From NCBI GenBank assembly GCA_046483495.1, contig JAWODC010000088.1, forward strand, positions 1 to 64,000: a DNA stretch of 64,000 bases. Direction: 5' to 3'. The stretch's first letter is position 1; every line of letters begins with the position of its first letter. Below, piece after piece: positions 1 to 8,703 of the stretch. Under the pieces are notes generated by a model, which had not been told where the DNA came from, made no database searches, and saw nothing but the letters and a program-made list of their open reading frames with translations. Source of the DNA: Desulfobacterales bacterium (GTDB lineage Bacteria; Desulfobacterota; Desulfobacteria; Desulfobacterales; UBA5616). Made by a program: the position numbers and the translations under genes.

Positions 1-235
1 GTGATCGTGATGATGCACAACTGCCGTTCATGGATAGTGGCGGAAACGATGGCGATGGGCCAAGCCTTGATTTCCTTGGCAGTGGTGGCAGTGGAAATGG
101 AGGACCGCAAATGCCCATGTTCGGACCACCAATGGATGAAGACGACAACCAGCCGCAAAGCCCAATGATGATGGGTGAAGGGCCTGATATGGGAAGCTTG
201 CCCTTTGGTCGACAAACAGAGGAAGAAACTGATGC

Positions 236-997
236 ATGGGCCTCCGGATCGATGACAAGGTCACATTGATGAGACAACCGTTTACCGTAAAGGGATGCTA
301 TTCGGAACGGGGAAACAAAGACGATATCACCGCCTGGATACACCTTGAAGAGGCTCAAGAATTATTGGGCAAAAAAGGCCTGATCAATGCCATCCTTGCA
401 TTGGAATGCCTGTGCTCGGGCAATTCGATACCAACCGTTCGCAAGGAGATTGCCGACATCCTTCCCGGAACCCGGGTCATTGAAAGGGGCTCCCTTGCCG
501 TGGCACGTGCAGAAGCCAGAACCCAGGTAGCCAGGGAAGCCGAAACAGCGCTGCTGAAAGAGGAGCAGGGGCGGGAGCAACTCCGCCTGGAACGTGAACA
601 CATTGCATCCATTTTGATACCGTTCATCGTATTTGCCTGTTCTCTGTGGATAGGACTGGCGGCATTCTCAAATGTCCGGGCAAGGCGCGACGAGATCGGT
701 ATTCTCATGGCCATTGGAGTTTCCTCACGGCGCATTCTGGGATTGTTTCTATCAAAACACCTGTCCATCGGCATACTGGGCGGATTTTTGGGGTTTTGCC
801 TGGGGAGTATCGCCGCCGTCATAATGGGCATGCCCGAGGTGGTTTTCACACCGGAAAAAATCGGGGGAATATCTTTCTGGCTGGGCTTGGCGGTCCTATC
901 CATGACCGGCGCCTCGATTCTTGCCGTCCTTTCAGGATGGATTCCCGCGGTCGTTGCCGCCCGCCAGGACCCTGCAGAAGTGTTGAGAGAGGAATAG
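236..997 (+). CDS. ABC transporter permease, FtsX/MacB family (probably 5'-truncated)
   Basis: C-terminal FtsX motifs 'RRDEIGILMAIG' and 'GWIPAVVAARQDPAEVLREE'; an in-frame TGA at 230-232 precedes the ATG, so the usual N-terminal part is missing. Confidence 0.8.
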   Translation: MGLRIDDKVTLMRQPFTVKGCYSERGNKDDITAWIHLEEAQELLGKKGLINAILALECLCSGNSIPTVRKEIADILPGTRVIERGSLAVARAEARTQVAREAETALLKEEQGREQLRLEREHIASILIPFIVFACSLWIGLAAFSNVRARRDEIGILMAIGVSSRRILGLFLSKHLSIGILGGFLGFCLGSIAAVIMGMPEVVFTPEKIGGISFWLGLAVLSMTGASILAVLSGWIPAVVAARQDPAEVLREE

Positions 998-1003
998 ACC
1001 GGT

Positions 1004-1660
1004 ATGCTCGAGTTGGTCCATATTACCAAAACATTTTCCGGGCCCAACGGCAAAATTGTTGCGCTCGATAATGTCACCGTGACGATATCACCGGGAGAAC
1101 TGCTGGTCATCCGAGGTTCGAGCGGCTGCGGAAAATCGACCCTGCTTCTAACGGCAGCCGGATTGTTAAGACCCGATCAGGGAGAAGTTGTATACGACGG
1201 GTTACGGCCTATCTATGACATCGGAAATGACAAGCGCAGCCGGTGGCGGGCTGAAAATATCGGCTTTGTATTTCAGCAGTTTCATTTGATTCCCTATTTG
1301 ACGGCAAAAGAAAACATTGTTGCCGGGACATTATCCTTACCCAAACATAATGCCGATTCGCGGAGTGAGGAGCTGATAAGGCGATTTGGGTTGACTGATC
1401 GAGCCCGACATTTTCCGGCCCAGTTGAGTACAGGAGAACGGCAAAGGGTCGCCCTTGCAAGAGCGCTTTTTAACGAACCCAAAATCATTATGGCGGATGA
1501 ACCCACCGGCAATCTGGATGATGAAAACGCTCAAACTGTTTTGAAATACTTGGGTGACTATGTATCGAATGGCGGAAGTGTATTGCTTGTTGCGCATGAT
1601 CGAAGAGCCGCCGATTACGCTTCTCGGACATTGCAGATGAAAAAGGGTATGCTGAATTAG
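1004..1660 (+). CDS. ABC transporter ATP-binding protein (LolD/MacB-type)
   Basis: Walker A GSSGCGKS, signature LSTGERQR, Walker B IIMADEPTGNLD. Confidence 0.93.
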   Translation: MLELVHITKTFSGPNGKIVALDNVTVTISPGELLVIRGSSGCGKSTLLLTAAGLLRPDQGEVVYDGLRPIYDIGNDKRSRWRAENIGFVFQQFHLIPYLTAKENIVAGTLSLPKHNADSRSEELIRRFGLTDRARHFPAQLSTGERQRVALARALFNEPKIIMADEPTGNLDDENAQTVLKYLGDYVSNGGSVLLVAHDRRAADYASRTLQMKKGMLN

Positions 1661-1687
1661 ATGATTTTTGCAGATCGGGAAAGCCGA

Positions 1688-3685
1688 ATGGCTGAAAAGC
1701 TCATGTATTTCCAGATTTCTTTTTTTTTAATGTTTCTCATCTTCTTTGTTTTGCCTGCCGCAGCAGGGGAAGAACCCGACGATTCCGTCCTTGAACCCAG
1801 TGAAATGGCGGATATGGTAGTCACCGGCAAGAGGCTGTCCAATTACACCACCCTTTTGCCGCAGGATCTTATGTCGAGGCCGTATACGGAATCTCCGGGA
1901 CTTTATACAGCGACAAGCGTTATCGGACAGAAAGAAATCCAGCATATGAAGGCTTATTCCGTCGTGGACGCACTGAAATACATTCCCGGTGCATGGACGG
2001 AATCACGGGGTCGAAAGGTCAAGACATTTTTTTCGGTCCGCGGCCAGCGATACCCTTATCCGGGATACACCATTGACGGCGCCTGGTTTCGTGAATTCCA
2101 CGAAACGAATTATTTTTTAAGCACTGCAAATGTCGATCGAATTGAAGTCGTTCGGTCCAGCAGTGCCATGCTGCTTGGACCCGGCGGTATGACCGGGATG
2201 ATTAATATCATCCCCCGGAAATACACCTCCAAGCAAACACAGATCGATGCGCTTTACGGGAGTCACGATACCGCCGTAATGCAATTGGGCCACGGTGACA
2301 CCAACGATCATCTTGGCTACGCCATCGGCCTTGGCCATCGGTTTACGAGCGGTCCCTTTCCCAATTCCAGGGAAAGCATATCAAATCTCTACGGCAGGCT
2401 TTCATATCAGGTGACCCCCGATGTAAATCTGGCTGCAAATTCCTATGTGATATTCGGTGATCGGGAATTGCGGCTTGCAGAGCCCCCTGCAACCCAAACG
2501 CTGCAGACCAGACGGGACAGTTTCGATCCCATGAGAACATACATTCTTGTGGGAAAAATGACGTATGATCCCGGTTCATTCGCATCAACGCACATCACCG
2601 TCAATTATGCAGACCGAGAGCTGAAAGGACACCGCACCGGTGCGGATGACTGGTGGGAAAAAGATCATGAATACGGCATTAACGCCATTCAAAGTCTCAG
2701 GTTAAGCGAAAATAATGTTTTACGATTCGGCGGAATGTTCAACTATTGGAAGTCTCCCACCGGCAAACGCTTTTATGTGGGCCGCCCGGGTGAGTTGTGG
2801 ACCTACTCCGGGGTTGTTTTGGATGATCACGAATTTGGAAAGCTGGCTCTAAATGCCGGATACCGCGTAAGCCGGACGTATTATGAACAGTTCGGCGGTT
2901 TCAATATAGAAGGCAGTGCCGGTCCACTGCAGTCCGTTTTGGTCGAGGACGAGTGGGAGGACCCGCTGCATACGCTCACACTCGGCCTGTCTTACAAACT
3001 GACGAAGGATCTTGCCGTTTTAGGAAATATCACATGGGGACAGATTGCCGCATCCCCGGGCATGGTGGATGTGAATCTGAATATCCCCGGAACCGAAACA
3101 CGGTCCAAAATCGATCTCGGTTTCCGCAAAACATATCCAAACTTCGGAGATATTTCGCTCACGGGGTTTTACGTAAAGCAGGATGATGCCGCTGCAGTAA
3201 CGAACCGGATCGTCGTCATCAACGATGAGGACTACGCCCTGTATGAGAATACGGATCTCGAAAATTACGGAGTGGAACTGGACATACAATCCCACCGCCT
3301 GAAAAACGGCCTTCAGTTTTTTTTAAATGCAGCGGCAATGAAGACACGGAAAAAGGAAAACGGATCATGGGAATCCGACGAGGAAGTCCCTGAACTGATT
3401 TTTGGAGGTGGTGCTTCCTATTATTATCGGCATATCGATGTCTCGGTATTTTCGAAATATGTATCATCCTATGAAAACGAGCGCTTTCTTCCTAAAAGCA
3501 GTCCACCGGCCCCACTCGGGGATTACACCGAGGTTACGGCACAGGCTGCATATTATTTCGGGAAACGATCGAAAAAGGAAATTTTTTTCAGAGTAGAGAA
3601 TATAACAGATGAAGAATACTCAACGGTAAACGGATACCCGGATGAGGGGCGCCGATATGAAGTCGGTTTAAGTGCTATTTTTTGA
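1688..3685 (+). CDS. TonB-dependent outer-membrane receptor
   Basis: Signal peptide, TonB-box-like 'DMVVTG', plug motif 'VDRIEVVRS...G..GMINII', C-terminal 'VENITDEEY...GRRYEVGLSAIF'; start could be 1661, 1688 or 1703. Confidence 0.9.
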   Translation: MAEKLMYFQISFFLMFLIFFVLPAAAGEEPDDSVLEPSEMADMVVTGKRLSNYTTLLPQDLMSRPYTESPGLYTATSVIGQKEIQHMKAYSVVDALKYIPGAWTESRGRKVKTFFSVRGQRYPYPGYTIDGAWFREFHETNYFLSTANVDRIEVVRSSSAMLLGPGGMTGMINIIPRKYTSKQTQIDALYGSHDTAVMQLGHGDTNDHLGYAIGLGHRFTSGPFPNSRESISNLYGRLSYQVTPDVNLAANSYVIFGDRELRLAEPPATQTLQTRRDSFDPMRTYILVGKMTYDPGSFASTHITVNYADRELKGHRTGADDWWEKDHEYGINAIQSLRLSENNVLRFGGMFNYWKSPTGKRFYVGRPGELWTYSGVVLDDHEFGKLALNAGYRVSRTYYEQFGGFNIEGSAGPLQSVLVEDEWEDPLHTLTLGLSYKLTKDLAVLGNITWGQIAASPGMVDVNLNIPGTETRSKIDLGFRKTYPNFGDISLTGFYVKQDDAAAVTNRIVVINDEDYALYENTDLENYGVELDIQSHRLKNGLQFFLNAAAMKTRKKENGSWESDEEVPELIFGGGASYYYRHIDVSVFSKYVSSYENERFLPKSSPPAPLGDYTEVTAQAAYYFGKRSKKEIFFRVENITDEEYSTVNGYPDEGRRYEVGLSAIF

Positions 3686-3702
3686 ATAACTCTTGACAGG
3701 AA

Positions 3703-3743
3703 TAGAAGTGGTTTCAAAACTAAAGGTTTTGAAACCACTTCTA
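3703..3743. repeat. Perfect 18-bp inverted repeat between convergent genes (REP-like element or bidirectional terminator)
   Basis: TAGAAGTGGTTTCAAAAC-taaag-GTTTTGAAACCACTTCTA. Confidence 0.8.
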
Positions 3744-3814
3744 AGCAGGCCCGGCACCGCTTAGATTTTTCGCAAACATTTTTATATCGAAAAACCCAGC
3801 AGCAAATCAGAAAA

Positions 3815-4939
3815 TTAAAACAGAACTGCGAGCTGTACAAGTATCCGGTCGGTGTCCTGCGCATCGCCTTCGAAATCGTTGTGTAGATATTCGACGGCCA
3901 GATTGGTATCCGCATAAAATCGCCAATTCAGCACCGCACCATATTCCGTTTCAGGCAAAAGGTCACCCCCGTCATCCGATCCGGCGTACCGTGCGGCAAT
4001 CCCCACTGCATCCGCAACCAAAAAGCCGAATTCCGCATTCCAGGCCATAGGCTGTCGATTTTCGATGTCTGTCACGTCGTAGATTTCTCCTGCTTTGAAA
4101 TGGTCCAGGGCTGTTACGATTTCACCGATGAATCGGAATCGGTCCAGAAAATCAAAGACCGCATATGCGCTCAACCCGCCTACGAGTGATTCCAGGTTAT
4201 CCGGATCGATGGCCGCATCTTCAAAGGCGCCCGAACCGGCTAAATTGGAGGTATATGATGCGCCGAGTGTCAGGCCGTTTAAAGCATAAACATTTGCGCT
4301 TGCGACAAAACCGTCTATGACATCATCGTCACCGGCCTCTTTCGCATCGGCGTTGAAGGCCCCTATAGCGAGATTGACCTTTTCACCCAACAAGGAATAA
4401 CCGGCAACGATTGCCTCGTCATTGGTTTCGCCCAACACCAGGGTAACGGAATCCGTTATAAAATGGCTCTCAAAATAACCGAACGGTAGGTATTGGCGTC
4501 CGGCGATCAAAAATGCGGGGAATGCTTCCGTTCCGAACAGGGTGATGAAGCCCTCATCCACAAACAGGTCGTCATCCTCATATTTGATCATCACATGCCC
4601 GTCCATAAAATCGGCGATTGCAACATCCATCACCAGCTCGATCGTCGCAAGATCGATGTCGCCGGTTTTTTCATCGTCTACAGCCGGATCCGAGAAATCT
4701 GTTTCTTCGTACCCTGCCTCGATTTCGATCAATCCGCTGATCCGTATTCGGTCGTACCACTTCTTGCCCTCGGTTTGACGTTCAATGGCTTTTTCCAATT
4801 GCTCGATTCGGTCTTCGAGACTTTTAACGCCGCCGGGAGGCTCCTCGGATGGGAATTCTTCCGGGGAGCCGGATGCCGTAACCAATGCCGTACCGACAAA
4901 AATCACTGCCGCAAACAACACAAAACCATGTTTCTTCAT
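3815..4939 (-). CDS. LbtU-family (siderophore-type) porin
   Basis: Signal peptide MKKHGFVLF with AAGGAG RBS; short coiled coil; 'ISGLIEIEA', 'VDEGFITL', 'AGRQYLPFG.FESHFITD'; C-terminal Phe. Confidence 0.75.
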   Translation of the reverse strand: MKKHGFVLFAAVIFVGTALVTASGSPEEFPSEEPPGGVKSLEDRIEQLEKAIERQTEGKKWYDRIRISGLIEIEAGYEETDFSDPAVDDEKTGDIDLATIELVMDVAIADFMDGHVMIKYEDDDLFVDEGFITLFGTEAFPAFLIAGRQYLPFGYFESHFITDSVTLVLGETNDEAIVAGYSLLGEKVNLAIGAFNADAKEAGDDDVIDGFVASANVYALNGLTLGASYTSNLAGSGAFEDAAIDPDNLESLVGGLSAYAVFDFLDRFRFIGEIVTALDHFKAGEIYDVTDIENRQPMAWNAEFGFLVADAVGIAARYAGSDDGGDLLPETEYGAVLNWRFYADTNLAVEYLHNDFEGDAQDTDRILVQLAVLF

Positions 4940-5161
4940 CGTTTCATTCTCCTTCATTCGGTCTCCATACAGCAGGGAGGTCGCTGCATTTCTCACAGGT
5001 CCGTTTACAGCCTTCCGTTGCTTTGTTTCCGCCTTTTCGAATCCAATAACCAACATTTCTTTATGGGCTTCCTGTTCGTTATCGAAATAAACGGCGGTAT
5101 CGTAACGCATTTGTTTTTTCATCAGAAAGCTCTGTATTTCAGAAATAAGCCATACTAACTT

Positions 5162-5178
5162 TGTTTTATTAATCTAAC
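5162..5178. promoter_or_regulatory. Putative DtxR-family operator upstream of the porin
   Basis: TGTTTTATTAATCTAAC, 16/17 identical to the reverse complement of the site at 5782-5798. Confidence 0.6.
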
Positions 5179-5226
5179 TGAAAGTCAAAAAAATACCCCC
5201 CGAAAGTCTGCTCTTCAACTTACCCC

Positions 5227-5769
5227 CTACTCGGAAGAGAGTTCGCCATTTAAAAGAATTCTATTTTCAAATTCCTCGGAAAAATTTCTGCTTTGCAATC
5301 GGCATTTTTCCGGTTTTAGCCCATGCAAGCGAAAATCGTGGAAATTTTTCAGCCAGCTGTCTCCGGCACGCGGACAGGATTGAATGAATTCCATGAAATC
5401 GATCAGTCTGTCCAGGGTGGAAGCGCTGAGAGAATGTTCCATTCTACATGCTTCTTCGTCGGCGACCGGTGGTTCAATTTTCAGAATTTCAGTCAAAAAC
5501 TTTTTCAGAACCTGATGCCTGCGCCGCATTTCCTTTCCGACATCCGCCCCCTTTTTCGTCATTTCCACATATTCGTATTTTTCGTAGTGAACCAATCCAC
5601 GTTCATTCAAACTTTTAAGCATGCTGGTTACGGTGGGCATTTTAACATTCATCCGCTTTGCGATATCCTTGACACGGACCGCTTTCTTTTCTTGATCCAA
5701 ATCGAATATAGTCTCCAGATAATCTTCCATTACCGAAGTCATTGGTTTTCGGGTATTTTCTTTAGCCAT
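5227..5769 (-). CDS. DtxR/MntR-family metal-dependent repressor
   Basis: 'MEDYLETI', HTH 'VRVKDIAKRMNVKMPTVTSML', 'RRHQVLKKFL', 'EEACRMEH'. Confidence 0.93.
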   Translation of the reverse strand: MAKENTRKPMTSVMEDYLETIFDLDQEKKAVRVKDIAKRMNVKMPTVTSMLKSLNERGLVHYEKYEYVEMTKKGADVGKEMRRRHQVLKKFLTEILKIEPPVADEEACRMEHSLSASTLDRLIDFMEFIQSCPRAGDSWLKNFHDFRLHGLKPEKCRLQSRNFSEEFENRILLNGELSSE

Positions 5770-5781
5770 GAGATCACCTTT

Positions 5782-5798
5782 GTTAGATCAATAAAACA
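5782..5798. promoter_or_regulatory. Putative DtxR-family autoregulatory operator
   Basis: GTTAGATCAATAAAACA immediately upstream of the regulator RBS; near-identical copy at 5162-5178. Confidence 0.6.
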
Positions 5799-5915
5799 TA
5801 TATTTATCGTTCTAATAATTGAATGAAAAACTATTTGTCAAGTTTTTTTATCGAGGAAAATGCTGAACATGAAAAGCCGGAAGTTTATGTTTTTCTCACA
5901 ATCGACCGGTCTTCC

Positions 5916-6578
5916 CTATCTTCGTCCAGAGAGATGGGGTGCAAGGCTATGGGCTACTGCCAGGTGGACGCATCCAAAGAAGTAGGGGAAGCAATCCGAA
6001 ATCCGGAATCCCGTTTTTCCCAGCCAATACGGCAGCCCACCGGCTCTGACGAAATCTCTGCTGTTCCTGTAATGCCGCAGACCTGCCGAGAATTCGGCCA
6101 TCCGGATCAGGCATGTTATTGGATTGAACACAGTCGGCCCTACGAAATCGATTACAAGAAACAGGGCGTCCTCTCTTGCCACTCGCTTCATCTCCTGAAG
6201 AACCCCCAGCATAATCTCCCGATCCATTTCATGCAGGACGAGCTGAATGGTGACCGCATCGAAAGCGGAAGAAGCGAAGGGTAGGTTAAAAGCGTCAGCC
6301 ATTACGAGTTCGAAACCTGCAGCCCCCCTCTTGTGAGCCTTCTTTTTTGCATGCGCCAGCATCGCGGCGGACAGGTCTAAGCCGATCGCATTGAATCCCA
6401 TCCGGTCCAGCAGCTCCACCTGGCTGCCGGTACCGCAACCGAGGTCGAGCACCCTTATTTCCTCGGGTGCACACACTCGCTCCTGCAGCATCTTCGCCAT
6501 TCGAACCCTAAGGGGCCGAAGAAAAGGCTCCACCAGGGGATCATATATTTTAGAGAGGAAATTATATGGAATCCTCAC
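5916..6578 (-). CDS. Class I SAM-dependent methyltransferase (UbiE-like)
   Basis: 'VLDLGCGTG', 'GLDLSAAML', 'LPFASSAFDAV'. Confidence 0.88.
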   Translation of the reverse strand: MRIPYNFLSKIYDPLVEPFLRPLRVRMAKMLQERVCAPEEIRVLDLGCGTGSQVELLDRMGFNAIGLDLSAAMLAHAKKKAHKRGAAGFELVMADAFNLPFASSAFDAVTIQLVLHEMDREIMLGVLQEMKRVAREDALFLVIDFVGPTVFNPITCLIRMAEFSAGLRHYRNSRDFVRAGGLPYWLGKTGFRISDCFPYFFGCVHLAVAHSLAPHLSGRR

Positions 6579-6859
6579 GTTATCGGCTTTCTAGTGTACA
6601 TCCAGAAATGGATAAGCAAATTGATCTCAGCAACTGCGGTCTCGAACTTTAGCATGACCTTAATCCTGTTGGGAGCTATTGAGATTTTCACGCCTGTAAC
6701 AAAAGTAATCGAAATCGAATAATCCGGCAAGCGAAAAACCGGATATTGCCATCTTCCAAATTAGCCGCCTTCAATTATAATAGTATCATTCTTTCGGGTT
6801 ATTTGAGATGTGCAAACATAACCATATGATCGGGATCGTATTTTTCCATACGTGCTTTT

Positions 6860-6932
6860 CGATACCGATACCGATAACGATATGGACCCCATCCACACCC
6901 ATCACCCATTACCCCTCACCATATCCCATCAC
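6860..6932. repeat. Short tandem repeats: (CGATAC)n followed by a degenerate (CCCATCA)n heptamer tract
   Basis: cgatac-cgatac-cgataa-cgata at 6860-6882; cccatca-cccatta-cccctca-ccatat-cccatca at 6898-6931. Confidence 0.65.
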
Positions 6933-7398
6933 TTACAGGCCTGAATGCTATCCGATCACTTTTTCATCCGGGTCAGGTTTTTCCTTTTTCATTGACTCAA
7001 TCAACGTTTTCCGGTTAAATTAAAATGTTGATTTCGGTATGTGTTTCTGAAGTTGATTTGAAATCGACCATTTGCAACGAGACCTCTCTTCCGGTTTACA
7101 CCTCTTGCTCCGGCATTCTATTGTATAGCGTTTCTTTTAATAAAATTCCTATCCGGCACTTCTTCGCCATCTCATTGGATACCGTTTGCGGCGACACGTA
7201 ATTCATTTTTCCGATCTTTACATCTTCACCTTGTTCAAAACGGCCGGTTTCAATGAATTTTTCACTGTTAAACCGCCCTCTTCACTGGCGTTAATATAGA
7301 CTGCATTCGAGGATCCTGCAAATCGGGATCAATGAACACCTGAGCGTTTTTTGTTTACAGGAAATCATCTTGTATTTTTAAAAATGGAGGCCGGAAAT

Positions 7399-8661
7399 AT
7401 GAGCACTTATTTTGATGTCAACCTGGATCTAAGCCGGGAAGACAGGATGATAAGGGATGAGGCCCACAAATTTGCGAGGGACATTATGCGGCCCATCAGC
7501 AGGGAAATCGATAAAGTGTCAGCCGAGGAGGCGACATCGGAAGGCTCTCCGGTCTGGCGATTTTTAAGCCAGGCATACCGGCTGGGATATCACAAGGCAG
7601 CCTTTCCGGAGGAAGTCGGGGGACTTGGATGTACACCGCTGCAGTCCCATCTGATTGCAGAAGAACTCAGCTGGGGAAGTGTGGGCTTAAATGCGATTTT
7701 AGGAATGGCCTCATGGATTTTCGGGAAAGTGTTGGCAACCGGTGATGCGGCCCTGATCCAAACGTTCGTCATGCCGTTCTTTCAATGCAGAGACGGCAGC
7801 ATACTGGGATGCTGGGCCATAACAGAGCCTGCTCACGGCTCGGATCATTTGGCCATAGGAGAAACGTTTTTTAAGGATTCCAAAATCGAGGGGCAGGTCA
7901 GCGCCCGATTGGAGGGTGATGCCTATGTCCTGAACGGGCAAAAAGCCGCATGGGTGTCGTGCGCCCCGATTGCCACTCATTGCATGCTGAACGTCCATAT
8001 CGACAAATCGATGGGGCTCTCAGGAGGGGGGGTGTGCATACTGCCCTTGGATCTTCCGGGCATCAGCCGGGGAAAACCGCTTGAAAAAGTGGGGCAACGG
8101 GAACTCCCCCAAGGCGAGCTTTTTTTTGACGAGGTTAAAATTCCAAAAGATTGGATGTTCCACGGCACCGACACCTATACGGAATCGGTTCTTGGTAATT
8201 TAGGCTTGGGAAACACGGGAATGAGCATCGTCGCCTTGTCTTTGGCCAGAGCGGCATTCGAAGAGGCGTTTACATACGCCAGGGAGCGCGTTCAAGGGGG
8301 GAAGCCGCTGATCGAGCACTATTCGATGAAGGCAAGAATACATCGGTTGTTTTCAAAGGTGGAGGCCATTCGAGCGATGAGTCGTGCGATTCACAATCTG
8401 AACTCCCGGGTGGATCCTCCGGTTTATGAATATGCTTATGCAGCGAAGACCTTTTGCACCGACACAGCCAGGGAAGTTGTCGAGGAGGCTGTACAGATCC
8501 ACGGCGCCAATGGACTTACAAAAGAATATCTGATCGAAAAGTTATGGCGGGATTCGCGGGCACTCACCATTGAAGACGGGGACAACCGATCATTAAACCG
8601 CTTGGGGGGCCATATCCTTAAGGAAACATTTCCCCGAAGAACAGTAAATCAGTTCGTATAA
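7399..8661 (+). CDS. Acyl-CoA dehydrogenase family protein
   Basis: 'WAITEPAHGSD', 'LNGQKAAWV', 'YARERVQGGKPL', 'AVQIHGANG'; GGAGG RBS before ATG 7399. Confidence 0.92.
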   Translation: MSTYFDVNLDLSREDRMIRDEAHKFARDIMRPISREIDKVSAEEATSEGSPVWRFLSQAYRLGYHKAAFPEEVGGLGCTPLQSHLIAEELSWGSVGLNAILGMASWIFGKVLATGDAALIQTFVMPFFQCRDGSILGCWAITEPAHGSDHLAIGETFFKDSKIEGQVSARLEGDAYVLNGQKAAWVSCAPIATHCMLNVHIDKSMGLSGGGVCILPLDLPGISRGKPLEKVGQRELPQGELFFDEVKIPKDWMFHGTDTYTESVLGNLGLGNTGMSIVALSLARAAFEEAFTYARERVQGGKPLIEHYSMKARIHRLFSKVEAIRAMSRAIHNLNSRVDPPVYEYAYAAKTFCTDTAREVVEEAVQIHGANGLTKEYLIEKLWRDSRALTIEDGDNRSLNRLGGHILKETFPRRTVNQFV

Positions 8662-8703
8662 AAACGTAAAATGCCGATCCGTTGATGGGGGAAAGACAAA
8701 GCC

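Noticed and set aside
4940..5122. 61-codon N-terminal extension of the porin ORF in the ORF track
   Set aside because: The signal peptide and AAGGAG RBS fit ATG 4939; the extension would bury the signal peptide
6808..7023. 71-aa ORF with PIPIT/PITHYP repeats
   Set aside because: It is a translation of the short tandem repeats, with no RBS or recognisable domain
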